Of a DNA stretch of 64,000 nt, positions 9,166 to 19,056 are shown piece after piece. Each line of letters opens with the position of its first letter. Position 1 is the first letter of the stretch. The notes under the pieces were generated by a model. It made no database searches, was not told the origin of the DNA, and was given only the letters and a program-made list of their open reading frames with translations. Position numbers and translations under genes: made by a program. Source of the DNA: Synechococcus sp. (GTDB taxonomy: Bacteria > Cyanobacteriota > Cyanobacteriia > Thermostichales > PCC-7336); contig JBFRWN010000142.1 in the NCBI GenBank assembly GCA_051439605.1, forward strand, positions 34,009 to 98,008, written 5' to 3'.

Positions 9166-11730
9166 CTAAATTCCCGGTTCTTTCTGGAATGCCTGATGCA
9201 ATGGCATCATTTCAGCGGGGGTAGAAAAGGGGACAAGAGGCGTACTGGCCAAAAAACTTTCAGCATCTTGGACACCAAGGGGTTTGGAAATGAAGTAGCC
9301 CTGAAGGTAACTACATCCCAAAGTGACGAGCTTAGCCACCTGGTCAGAATCCTCGACTCCCTCGGAGATTGTATAGATGCCCATGCTCTTGGCCAAGGTG
9401 AGGATCGTTTTCACAATCTTCCAATTATTACCGTCAGAACGAGTAGCGCTGATAAAGGAGCGATCGATTTTGATGGCATTGATGGGCAATTGATTTAAGT
9501 AGCTGAAGGAGGAGTAGCCGATGCCAAAATCGTCGATATAAATTTGGATTCCTAACTGCTTGAGTGCTGAGAGTTGTGCGAAAGCCAGCTCGAAATCTTG
9601 CATCAAAATGGTTTCGGTAATTTCTAACTTCAATTGCTCTGGAGCAAAGCCGGTGTTGCCAAGAATACGCTCGACCCGCTCCACAAGGTCGGACTGAGCA
9701 ATTTGCTTGCCCGATAGATTGACGCTTAAACAAGGAGGGGCGGATAGTTGAAACTTCTCCTGCCAAGTCACCATCTGCTGGCACCCCTCATGTAACACCC
9801 ACAATCCAATCGAGCGAATTGCTCCGCTTTCTTCTGCAATGGGAATGAATTCTGCAGGTAGGACCGTCCCCCGATCGGGGTGTTGCCATCGCAACAGGGC
9901 TTCAAACCCTACAAGCGCCTTCGTGTCGCTGGCAACTATGGGTTGATAGTTCAAGGAAAATTCCCGCAGTTCGAGCGCTCGCTTCAGATCCTGTTCGAGT
10001 TGTACATGCAGGAGGGCTCTATACCCCATCTCAGCGTTGAAGACGCTATATTGACCTTTCCCGGCCGCTTTCGCACAGTGCATCGCAATATCGGCATCGC
10101 GGAGGATATCCCCCGCCGCCTCATGATCTGTAGTACTCAGCACAACCCCAATACTGGCTGTAATAGCCACCCGGTGACCGTGCAAATAAAACGGGGAAGA
10201 TAATTGTTGAAGGATGCAATCGCACATCCCAGTAGCCTGGTCGAGGCTCTCGATGTTCTCTATCACAACCGAGAACTCGTCCCCCCCAAAACGGGCCAAG
10301 AAATCGGTTTCGCGAATACATGTTTGTAAACGACGGGCAATGTTCTCTAGTAATAGATCTCCAATGTCGTGCCCTAAACTATCGTTGATGACCTTGAAGC
10401 GGTCAAAGTCTATAAACAACAGCGCAAAGGGGGCTCTATTGCCACGCTTAAACCGTTGAAAGGATTCCTGCAAGCATAGATTCAACCCACTGCGATTGAG
10501 CAAACCGGTAAGAGAGTCGTGCAACGCCTCGTATCTTAGTTGCCCTTCCATCCGCTTGCGCTCGGTGATGTCTTGCACGATCGCCGTAAAAAAGGTCACT
10601 CCTTCCACATCCATACAGCTGATGGACAAATCTGCATCGAAAAACTGCCCATCGTGGCGCAGGGCACGAATCTCTTTCCATTGACCCACTAGGTCTTTCG
10701 GTGTTCCCGAGACATCCCCCTCGAGCTCGGCGCACAACCGTTCGCGCCATGGTCCGGCGATCGCCAACTCCGCAAGGCTTTTTCCAAGAACTTCCTCACG
10801 TTGGTATAAAAACAACTGCTCAGCAGCATCGTTAAATGCCACAATCCTGCCATCGGCATCCAGAGTGGTAATGGGAGTGGGCAGGTGCTTGAACAGTACT
10901 CCACTTCGCAGCAAATTGAGGTGTAGCTGCCCCGTCATCTGGTTCAATACAGGATTCGAGTTTTCCAGCTCCGCGCCACTGGTGTTCTCCAACCGCCGAG
11001 TCAGATCTCCGTCCCCCTTGTCTTGGGTTACTAGCATCCTGTTTTGCAAAGAAAAAGCCAGGCGTTTGCAAATGAGTAAGGCTAGGATCGTTCCTGTAAC
11101 AATGGACGCGATAGCCACTTGAAGCCCTTGCTGCCAAGATTTATAAATCTGCTCTTGCAAATCTGCCGTCGATAGTTCGAGGCTCATGGCACCCAATACC
11201 TCTTTGTTGACGGCGATGACTCTGCCGACGATTAATTGTTCGCGTTCCCACTGATAAGTAATCTCGCCATTTTCCAGCAGCTTTTGAGCCAAAGGATCGG
11301 GCTCTGGTACAGCCAAATTAACGGGTTCACCAGCATCCCCAATCACCCGCCCTTGCTTGTCAAAAATGCGTCCCCCCAGTACAAGTGAAGACTCGCGATC
11401 GATCGCCTGAATCAGTTTGTTCAAAAAATCCCTATCTCCAGAAGACAAGGCATCTGCAACAGAAACGTCCAATGTTTCAAGCAAAATTTCTGCTTGATAT
11501 TGAAGACTTTGCTGGAAGGATTGCTTGTGGCGATTGACTGACAGCCACGTCACTCCAGCGATTGAGAGTGCCACCAATCCAGTCATTGTCGCTGCCAGCT
11601 TGACTGCCAACGAAAGTCGGTCAAGGTTCCATACAGATCTACGATTTAGCGTTATAGGGTTCAATTGAAGTCCATGAATGACTTTAGGCAGAAACCTGGT
11701 TGAGCCAGCAAACACTGTAGCTATTGCCAT
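9166..11730 (-). CDS. Membrane-bound diguanylate cyclase/phosphodiesterase (TM-periplasmic-TM, degenerate HAMP, PAS, GGDEF, EAL); paralog of 58893..61397
   Basis: RETD-x5-GGDEF, EALLRW, DDFGIGYSS, KIDRSF and EGVE. The true start may be TTG at 11664, by homology to the paralog. Confidence 0.93.
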   Translation of the reverse strand: MAIATVFAGSTRFLPKVIHGLQLNPITLNRRSVWNLDRLSLAVKLAATMTGLVALSIAGVTWLSVNRHKQSFQQSLQYQAEILLETLDVSVADALSSGDRDFLNKLIQAIDRESSLVLGGRIFDKQGRVIGDAGEPVNLAVPEPDPLAQKLLENGEITYQWEREQLIVGRVIAVNKEVLGAMSLELSTADLQEQIYKSWQQGLQVAIASIVTGTILALLICKRLAFSLQNRMLVTQDKGDGDLTRRLENTSGAELENSNPVLNQMTGQLHLNLLRSGVLFKHLPTPITTLDADGRIVAFNDAAEQLFLYQREEVLGKSLAELAIAGPWRERLCAELEGDVSGTPKDLVGQWKEIRALRHDGQFFDADLSISCMDVEGVTFFTAIVQDITERKRMEGQLRYEALHDSLTGLLNRSGLNLCLQESFQRFKRGNRAPFALLFIDFDRFKVINDSLGHDIGDLLLENIARRLQTCIRETDFLARFGGDEFSVVIENIESLDQATGMCDCILQQLSSPFYLHGHRVAITASIGVVLSTTDHEAAGDILRDADIAMHCAKAAGKGQYSVFNAEMGYRALLHVQLEQDLKRALELREFSLNYQPIVASDTKALVGFEALLRWQHPDRGTVLPAEFIPIAEESGAIRSIGLWVLHEGCQQMVTWQEKFQLSAPPCLSVNLSGKQIAQSDLVERVERILGNTGFAPEQLKLEITETILMQDFELAFAQLSALKQLGIQIYIDDFGIGYSSFSYLNQLPINAIKIDRSFISATRSDGNNWKIVKTILTLAKSMGIYTISEGVEDSDQVAKLVTLGCSYLQGYFISKPLGVQDAESFLASTPLVPFSTPAEMMPLHQAFQKEPGI

Positions 11731-11731
11731 C

Positions 11732-11827
11732 TATAGCGGTTTCTGAATGCATGAAGTACACCTGATCCCTGGCTAGACAAAAGTTGCAGATGTGGAGCTG
11801 TACTTCACTCTAATGAAAACCGCTATA
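11732..11827. mobile_element. MITE-like 96-bp palindromic element
   Basis: TATAGCGGTTT-N9-TGAAGTACA-N38-TGTACTTCA-N9-AAACCGCTATA. TATA termini are compatible with a TA target duplication; no ORF. Confidence 0.6.
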
Positions 11828-12335
11828 TGCACGGGCAGAAAGAGCTTTACTCAGCCAGAGTTCTCAATAGCTGACATGTCTTGAGAGACCTTTCGGTCGC
11901 TGCAGCTGACGATTCAATCGAACCAGACAAACGTGAATTTTTTGTAAATCCTAGAAGAGTGTCAGGATCGTCTTGGCCGTATCTTTACATTTCACTCCAT
12001 TTCGTGGCTGCATACATTACTCGTGCGAGGCTATTACGATCGAGCAGTGAATAGCTGAAGGGATTATCCTTAACTTTCAAATCTGCTCTGGATATCGGGA
12101 TATCTCAGCAAGCCAGAGCCCTTACCGGAGGCAGATCTCGCTTTCCCGTATACCAAGATCCAGCAATCTATTTAGCAATCCATGCACTATCGTACTTTCA
12201 GGTTGAAAGGAACTGACTCAAGTCATGAGCAAATGTACTTGGTCACAATCTAGTTCTTTAGAAGGTTCATGCCCAGTTAGAGGGCTGAATGGCTGAGATG
12301 CTCGCAGTGACTTGACGGATGAACTATGTGCAGGG

Positions 12336-12830
12336 CTAATAGAGGTCTTTTTTCATCTCTACTATAGGAATCTCAATGTCCTCAAACTGGCCGTAGAAAG
12401 TTGTGGAAGCCTTGATGCGTTCGTACCCACAGGAGCGGTAGAAACCTTCTGCATTCAATGAGGCGGAGACCCTTAAATATCTGGCTAATCGAGCCTTTGC
12501 CCGATTTTCGAGTTCCCCGATTAGCTTGCGGCCAATCCCTCTGCGGGTGAAGAACGGACTAACGTATATTGCTTGAATAGACGTTCCATAGAGGGAGGCA
12601 TAGCCCACAATTTGGCGATCGCATTCTGCCACCAGAGTTAAGTTGGATGAATATCGGCGAGGGTTATTCGTTCTCAGCAAAACTTGTAATTGTTGGGGGT
12701 TATAGCACCTCGAACATTGGGCGATTGTGGCTTCTTCAAACACAGTCGCCACTTGATCTTTCTCTCTCCATCGGCGGCGACGAACGATCACCGTATCGAG
12801 AAGTTCTGTCGAATCGAAGCGATCGAGCAC
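12336..12830 (-). CDS. GNAT family N-acetyltransferase
   Basis: IYVSPFFTRRGIG (motif A) and ASLNAEGFYRSCGY (motif B). Confidence 0.88.
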   Translation of the reverse strand: MLDRFDSTELLDTVIVRRRRWREKDQVATVFEEATIAQCSRCYNPQQLQVLLRTNNPRRYSSNLTLVAECDRQIVGYASLYGTSIQAIYVSPFFTRRGIGRKLIGELENRAKARLARYLRVSASLNAEGFYRSCGYERIKASTTFYGQFEDIEIPIVEMKKDLY

Positions 12831-13028
12831 TGTTGAAATAGCATACGAGCAATAGGCTCATATTACATCGACATGTTGTCTCGCTAGGGGGAAATCATCT
12901 CCAAAAAAAGACTGTCCTGGTTTTTGCGTATGAAAATAAAGAATAAGAAACCTAACGATATTTTTTGATGTTACTGAGGAACTCTTTGTGGGGGATTTGA
13001 TTTTCAGTTTCATTCAAACACCCAAGTT

Positions 13029-13637
13029 TCAGATGAGTGAGCTGCTTCTTCTCTGCATCAGGCGCATTCGCTCTCTCCCGAGACGCTTGGGATAAGCATG
13101 CTGAGGTTGCCAGTCCTCCATCGTGTAGAAAAAAGGGCCAAAACATTCGTCCAGCTGCTTGGGGGAAACGCGATGGGGTGGACCAGAATTGTCATGGGCC
13201 GGATCGATGTAGAAAACTGCCAGTAAATGACCACCTGGCTTCAGTGCTTTGACCACTGAATCGACGTATTGGGGCCTTAGGACAACATCGATCGCGCAAA
13301 AGCAGGTGTGTTCGAAGATGTAGTCAAATTGCCCTATATACCAGTCTGGCAGTTCAAAGAAGTCCAGGACCTCGTACTGCTCCTCATTCACTACCGGAAA
13401 CTGTCGGGCGGCGGCGATCGCGCTTGGGGCTAGATCGATTCCGGTGACTTTTCCCCCCTTTCTCGCAATAGCCCGGACATCGTGGCCCATGCCGCAGCCG
13501 GGAACTAACACGCTGCCCTGTAAGGGCTGCGTCTGTAAATAATCCACCAGCCCTGGAGACGCCTCCCCTTTATCCCAAGGGGTATCGCCATCTCGATATC
13601 GCTGTTCCCAGTCCATCGGTAGCCTTCCTTCTCGCAT
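13029..13637 (-). CDS. Thiopurine S-methyltransferase (TPMT)-like SAM-dependent methyltransferase
   Basis: WEQRY...TPWD, VLVPGCGMGHD, DFF, FCAI and GPP motifs. Confidence 0.88.
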   Translation of the reverse strand: MREGRLPMDWEQRYRDGDTPWDKGEASPGLVDYLQTQPLQGSVLVPGCGMGHDVRAIARKGGKVTGIDLAPSAIAAARQFPVVNEEQYEVLDFFELPDWYIGQFDYIFEHTCFCAIDVVLRPQYVDSVVKALKPGGHLLAVFYIDPAHDNSGPPHRVSPKQLDECFGPFFYTMEDWQPQHAYPKRLGRERMRLMQRRSSSLI

Positions 13638-13647
13638 CCTTAATGAA

Positions 13648-13848
13648 CTAGTTGGGGGGATACCCGGCGGCAGTCAACACCTGGCGAAGATCGGTTTCGG
13701 GGCGATCGCTAGTGACTTTCACCACTTTGGTCTTGGGGTCTGCTTCAATTGCAGCACTGCTGTCCAACTCTTGTACCGCTTTGGTGACGTTGTTGACACA
13801 TACCTGACAAGCCAGCTTAGGCACTGTAAATTCCACTGTTGCAGCCAT
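13648..13848 (-). CDS. copZ: Heavy-metal-associated (HMA) copper chaperone, CopZ/Atx1-like
   Basis: 66 aa; VPKLACQVC (CxxC) and terminal AGY. Confidence 0.88.
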   Translation of the reverse strand: MAATVEFTVPKLACQVCVNNVTKAVQELDSSAAIEADPKTKVVKVTSDRPETDLRQVLTAAGYPPN

Positions 13849-13928
13849 GGCCGATACCCCAAAACTCCGTCCGCCATCATATCGTTCATCTTTAGTGGTC
13901 GTGTAGAAATGTTGGTTATTGGGAAGAG

Positions 13929-15857
13929 ATGACCGGTTTATCCAGTCCCGTTACCCATCGAAGAATCGTTCTAGGCCATTTGGATCGGCCAACTGCTTTT
14001 CGAGGGTTAACAATGGATCAGCCTCGCGATTCAGTCCCTTTTCGTCCTGTGAGTACCCGCTCTATGCCTGCTTCCTCACTTGCTCAACAGCCCCCGTTAA
14101 AGAGGCTAATTCGCTATTCCAACCACTATCGCCTGCAGATTTGGGCTGCGGCCATTTGTTCGGTGCTAAATAAGCTGTTCGACTTGGCTCCTCCCGCTCT
14201 GATTGGGATAGCAGTCAATGTGGTGGTGGAAAAAGACCGATCGTTTCTAGCTCAGCTGGGAATAGAGTCCATTTTCAATCAGTTGTTGGCGCTGTCGGTT
14301 CTAACTCTGATCGTGTGGGGGTTGGAATCTGCCTTTGAATACGCCTACGCCCGACTGTGGAGGAATTTAGCTCAACAAATTCAGAACGATTTGCGATTGG
14401 AGGCTTACGCTCATCTGCAAGAGCTGGAGATGGCCTATTTCGAACAGCGCAGTACGGGAGAGTTGATGTCCGTGCTGAACGATGATGTCAACCAGCTAGA
14501 GCGGTTTTTGGACGGTGGTGCTAACGACCTGATTCAGGTGACGACAACGGTCATCATCGTGGGAACTACGTTTTTTGTACTGACCCCATCGGTGGCCTGG
14601 ATGGCGATGCTGCCGATGCCCTTCATTTTATGGGGGTCGCTGATGTTTCAGCGCAAGCTTGCTCCTCTGTATGGCGACGTGCGCGAAAAAGTGGGGCTAT
14701 TGGCCACCCGGTTGGCCAATAACTTGGGGGGAATTGCCACAATAAAAAGCTTTACGGCAGAAGCCTTCGAAATCGATCGCCTGCGAACAGAAAGCGAAGC
14801 CTACCGCCTCAGCAACCGTCGGGCGATCGCCGTCAGTGCGGCTTTTGTACCCCTAATCCGCATCGTGATCCTGATTGGCTTCACCGCCACCTTGTTGATG
14901 GGGGGCATGCAGGCGGCGAGTGGAGCGTTGGATGTGGGGATTTACAGCACGCTGGTGTTTTTGACCCAACGCCTGTTGTGGCCTCTGACCCGACTGGGAG
15001 CAACACTGGATGGATATCGGCGGGCGATGGCGTCCACCACACGCATCCTGAACCTACTCGATACCCCGATCGCCATTCGGGCAGGCGAGAAGGCTTTGCC
15101 CTCCGCAGCAGTTCGAGGGGACCTGCAGTTCCACGACGTCACCTTTGCGTATCCGGGGCGATCGCCCGTGGTGCAGCATCTGTCTTTACACGTGCCTGCC
15201 GGACAGACCATTGCTGTAGTCGGTCCCACTGGCTCTGGGAAAAGCACGCTGGTGAAGCTGCTGTTGAGGTTCTACGAAATCGATCGCGGGCATATCGCGC
15301 TGGATGGTCAAGAACTCAAGGACCTAAAGCTGAAGGATTTACGGCGTGCCATTGGCTTGGTCAGTCAAGATGTGTTTTTATTTCAAGGGTCGGTGGCTGA
15401 CAACATTCGCTACGGCAGTTTTGAGGCCACAGATGCTGAGGTAATACAGGCGGCAAAACAGGCAGAGGCCCACGACTTTATTAAGATGTTGCCGCAGGGG
15501 TACGACACCATTGTTGGAGAACGGGGGCAAAGACTGTCTGGCGGGCAGCGGCAGCGGTTGGCGATCGCCCGTGCCATCCTTAAAGATCCGCCTATTTTGA
15601 TTTTGGATGAAGCCACATCGGCGGTGGATAACGAAACGGAAGCGGCGATTCAGCGATCCTTAGACACCATTTCCAAAGGACGGACGGTGATTGCGATCGC
15701 CCACCGGCTGTCCACTATTCGCAATGCCGATCGAATCTACGTGATGGAAAATGGAAGATTGACAGAAGAAGGACGACACGAGGAATTAGTTGCCCAAAAA
15801 GGGTTATATTCCACCCTGTGGAGCGTTCAAATGGGGAATTCCATACCAACTCGTTAA
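13929..15857 (+). CDS. ABC transporter, fused permease/ATPase (MsbA-like exporter)
   Basis: TM domain, Walker [14 protein letters not shown] signature, [10 protein letters not shown] and AHRLST; start codon uncertain. Confidence 0.95.
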   Translation: MTGLSSPVTHRRIVLGHLDRPTAFRGLTMDQPRDSVPFRPVSTRSMPASSLAQQPPLKRLIRYSNHYRLQIWAAAICSVLNKLFDLAPPALIGIAVNVVVEKDRSFLAQLGIESIFNQLLALSVLTLIVWGLESAFEYAYARLWRNLAQQIQNDLRLEAYAHLQELEMAYFEQRSTGELMSVLNDDVNQLERFLDGGANDLIQVTTTVIIVGTTFFVLTPSVAWMAMLPMPFILWGSLMFQRKLAPLYGDVREKVGLLATRLANNLGGIATIKSFTAEAFEIDRLRTESEAYRLSNRRAIAVSAAFVPLIRIVILIGFTATLLMGGMQAASGALDVGIYSTLVFLTQRLLWPLTRLGATLDGYRRAMASTTRILNLLDTPIAIRAGEKALPSAAVRGDLQFHDVTFAYPGRSPVVQHLSLHVPAGQTIAVVGPTGSGKSTLVKLLLRFYEIDRGHIALDGQELKDLKLKDLRRAIGLVSQDVFLFQGSVADNIRYGSFEATDAEVIQAAKQAEAHDFIKMLPQGYDTIVGERGQRLSGGQRQRLAIARAILKDPPILILDEATSAVDNETEAAIQRSLDTISKGRTVIAIAHRLSTIRNADRIYVMENGRLTEEGRHEELVAQKGLYSTLWSVQMGNSIPTR

Positions 15858-15885
15858 TTTTTTCTTGTTGAACCAGAAAGACCGC

Positions 15886-15908
15886 ACCCGCCCCGTCTCG
15901 GGGCGGGT
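15886..15908. terminator. Strong hairpin between convergent genes (probable bidirectional terminator)
   Basis: ACCCGCCCCG-TCT-CGGGGCGGGT, a perfect 10-bp stem. Confidence 0.7.
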
Positions 15909-15941
15909 ATTGAGTGACTTCGGACTCCTGACCAAACCGAG

Positions 15942-18242
15942 CTAGTCTTGTGCTGCGGCGGACAATGGGTCTACCCGCTTGGGTTTGAGCATGATCGTGG
16001 AAAGGGGTGGCAAGCACAAGTCGATAGAATATCCTTGACCGTGGTAAGCCCATTCATCAGAATGCTTGCCGCCTAAATTCCCCTTACCGGAGCCCCAAAA
16101 TTCAACGGCATCCGAGTTCAACAGTTCTTCGTAGAAGCAATGCTCGGGTACCCCAATCCGGTAGTTGCTACGCTCCACAGGAGAGAAGTTGCACACCACA
16201 ACAATGTAATCACCGGAATCTTTAGCACGGCGAATGAAGGACACGATACCGGAGGTGTCGTGGCAATCGATCCACTGGAAACCAGAGGCATCGAAGTCAT
16301 TATCGTGCAGAGCCGGTTCCTGCTTGTAGACCTTATTCAAGACTTCAATGTAGGTTGTCAGCTTTGCATGAGGATCGTACTGCAGTAGCTCCCAGCTCAA
16401 GTCATCCCACACGTTCCATTCGCTCCACTGGCCAAACTCCATGCTCATAAATAGAGTTTTCTTACCAGGGTGTCCGTACATGAAGCCGTAGAGCGATCGC
16501 ATGCTGGCCAACTTGCCCCATTCATCCCCAGCCATCTTGCCGATAATGTTGCTCTTTCCATGCACGATCTCGTCGTGGGAGAGAGCCAACATATAGTTCT
16601 CGCTGTAGACGTACATAATCGAGAACGTGACCAAATTCTGGTTGAATTGGCGGAACCAGGGGTCCATGCTGAAGTAATCCAGCATGTCGTGCATCCAACC
16701 CATATTCCATTTCAGGTTGAATCCCAATCCGCCAATGTGGGTGGGCCAAGTGACCATCGGCCAAGCGGTGGATTCCTCAGCGATGGAGAGCACGCCGGGG
16801 AAATAATCAAAGATGACGTGGTTGAGGCTCTTGAGGAATTCAATTGCCTCTATGTTCTCGCGACCGCCATATTCGTTGGCGACCCATTCTCCATCCTCGC
16901 GATCGTAGTCTAGGTAAAGCATGGAAGCGACCGCATCCACCCGAATGCCGTCAATGTGGTACTTATCGAACCAGAACACTGCGTTGGCCAGCAGGTAATT
17001 GCGCACCTCGTTGCGGCTGTAGTTGAAAATCAGTGTTCCCCAACCCTTGTGTTCCCCTTTGCGCGGGTCAGCATGTTCGTACAGGTGGGTGCCGTCAAAG
17101 TTGGCCAAACCGTGACCGTCTTTGGGGAAGTGACCGGGAACCCAGTCCACAATCACCCCAATGCCCGCTTGGTGGCAGCGATCGATGAAGTACATCAGAT
17201 CCTGCGGAGAGCCGTAGCGGGAGGTAGCCGCAAAGTGGCCGATGACTTGATAGCCCCAAGAACCGTCAAAGGGGTGCTCCGCTACCGGCAACAGTTCGAT
17301 GTGGGTGAAGCCAAGTTCCTTGACGTAGGGAATCAGGTCGTCCGCTAATTCCCGATAGGACTTAAAGCGGGTGTTTTCCTTGTAGTCAATGAACGCCAGC
17401 TCGGTATCGATTTCTCCACTGGTCAGCGGAGTATCGGCAGATTCGTGCTTCCAAGAGCCCAAATGCACCTCGTATACCGAAATGGGCTTGCTTAGAGGGT
17501 CGCCAGTTTGGCGCTGTTTCATCCATGTTTCGTCCCCCCAAACATAGGTATTCAGATCGACCACCTCGGAGCTGGTCTTTGGGCGGGGCTCCTGCTTAAA
17601 ACCATAAGGGTCAGTCTTTTCATAAATGTGGCCGGATTGATTCTTGATTTCGTATTTGTAGAAGGAGCCGACGGTAACGTCTGGAATGAATAGCTGCCAA
17701 ATACCGCTATCCCCCAGCAGTTGCATCTGATGTTGGCGGCCATCCCACAGATTGAAATCCCCCAAAACACTGACGTTACGAGCATTGGGAGCCCAGACGG
17801 CAAAGTTAACCCCCACGACCCCTTCGGAAACAGTGGGATGCGCCCCTAGCTTTTCGTAAATGCGATGGTGGTTTCCCTCTCGAAACAGGTGGATGTCAAA
17901 TTCAGACAGGCGAGGGGTGCGATAGCGGTAAGGGTCGAACAGGATGTCAATGCGGCCTGCTCGCTCGATTTTAAATTGATACTCCGGCAACTCTTGTCCG
18001 GCAGGAAATTGGAATTCGAAGTACCCTTCGCACCCCTCAATCGAACTTTGCTCCATTGGATGAGCCGTTTGCGTACCCAGATCGAGCAGGACTACCGATT
18101 CGGCATTAGGAAATACTGCCCGCACCGTCCACTGTTTTTTGCCATTGCTGCTGACTTCGTGAGGACCTAAATAATCAAAAGGATTGGAGAACTGGTTGTA
18201 CACCAACTGCCCAATTTGCTCTGGGGATAGAGTTGCAGCCAT
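15942..18242 (-). CDS. glgB: 1,4-alpha-glucan branching enzyme
   Basis: FAVWAPNA, YEVHLGSW, EHPFDGSWGYQ, DGIRVDAVASMLY, AEEST and LSHDE. Confidence 0.98.
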   Translation of the reverse strand: MAATLSPEQIGQLVYNQFSNPFDYLGPHEVSSNGKKQWTVRAVFPNAESVVLLDLGTQTAHPMEQSSIEGCEGYFEFQFPAGQELPEYQFKIERAGRIDILFDPYRYRTPRLSEFDIHLFREGNHHRIYEKLGAHPTVSEGVVGVNFAVWAPNARNVSVLGDFNLWDGRQHQMQLLGDSGIWQLFIPDVTVGSFYKYEIKNQSGHIYEKTDPYGFKQEPRPKTSSEVVDLNTYVWGDETWMKQRQTGDPLSKPISVYEVHLGSWKHESADTPLTSGEIDTELAFIDYKENTRFKSYRELADDLIPYVKELGFTHIELLPVAEHPFDGSWGYQVIGHFAATSRYGSPQDLMYFIDRCHQAGIGVIVDWVPGHFPKDGHGLANFDGTHLYEHADPRKGEHKGWGTLIFNYSRNEVRNYLLANAVFWFDKYHIDGIRVDAVASMLYLDYDREDGEWVANEYGGRENIEAIEFLKSLNHVIFDYFPGVLSIAEESTAWPMVTWPTHIGGLGFNLKWNMGWMHDMLDYFSMDPWFRQFNQNLVTFSIMYVYSENYMLALSHDEIVHGKSNIIGKMAGDEWGKLASMRSLYGFMYGHPGKKTLFMSMEFGQWSEWNVWDDLSWELLQYDPHAKLTTYIEVLNKVYKQEPALHDNDFDASGFQWIDCHDTSGIVSFIRRAKDSGDYIVVVCNFSPVERSNYRIGVPEHCFYEELLNSDAVEFWGSGKGNLGGKHSDEWAYHGQGYSIDLCLPPLSTIMLKPKRVDPLSAAAQD

Positions 18243-18410
18243 AACGGTACCGGGTTGTCTAAAACAGGGGATTTATGGAAAGAGTCTTAAGCTCCCTTTG
18301 AATGTAGCGTCTTATCGTCAGATTTGAAGCGATTGAAAAGCGATGCGAATGTTGGCAAGACCACTCCGCAATCGCGCCAACATCCAGCGACATTGGGAAA
18401 TCAAAACGTG

Positions 18411-18452
18411 AGGGATTGAAGGTATCAGGGATTGACGGTATCAGGGATTGAC
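18411..18452. repeat. 16-bp tandem repeat (about 2.6 copies) overlapping the 3' end of the FMN-binding protein gene
   Basis: AGGGATTGAAGGTATC / AGGGATTGACGGTATC / AGGGATTGAC. Confidence 0.85.
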
Positions 18453-19022
18453 TGAGGTTGTTTGCCAGCATCCATCCACTTGGACAAACAGGGTTCGGTT
18501 TTGCGGATTTCCCCTCAGTTGCAACCGATCGACCTCGTCAACATCAAATAGCAGCAGCACAAAAGTAACTGGAGGGTTGAGGGAATCAGCCGGTGGGCTG
18601 CTGGGGAAGGGAAGCGAGACATCGCGATCGCCTTTGGGGTGGGGCCAGTACCACAGCGATTTCGACTCTTCCGACAATCTGCCCCACAAACCTAGACGAC
18701 TCAGCTGTTGCTCCCGATCGGGAGAATCCGCTTCAACAATGGTCATCTTGCCTGCGAGACGAAACTGCTCTCGGGTTTTGGAGAAATACCAGCAAATGGC
18801 AGCGTAGGGGTTCTGCCGCAATTGATCCAGCTTCTCGCTGCGGCTGTCCACTGCCAGCATTAGGGTTTCACTGCCCTCAACAAAGCCGCGAAACACCACA
18901 GTGCGGTTGCGGGGACGATTGCGAACGTCGACGGTTGCTAGCTGTAGGAAGCGGACACCTTTATCGCTGCGATTACGATGCAATGCCGCCAAAATTAGCG
19001 ACTTCCAATGACTTTCACTCAT
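18441..19022 (-). CDS. Pyridoxamine 5'-phosphate oxidase-like FMN-binding protein (Npun_F5749 type)
   Basis: QLATVD...PRNRTVVFRGF, DSRSEK, WYF..TREQFR and C-terminal VNP. Confidence 0.88.
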   Translation of the reverse strand: MSESHWKSLILAALHRNRSDKGVRFLQLATVDVRNRPRNRTVVFRGFVEGSETLMLAVDSRSEKLDQLRQNPYAAICWYFSKTREQFRLAGKMTIVEADSPDREQQLSRLGLWGRLSEESKSLWYWPHPKGDRDVSLPFPSSPPADSLNPPVTFVLLLFDVDEVDRLQLRGNPQNRTLFVQVDGCWQTTSVNP

Positions 19023-19056
19023 GCTTGTTGGCGATTGATTTTTCGGCTAAATGACA

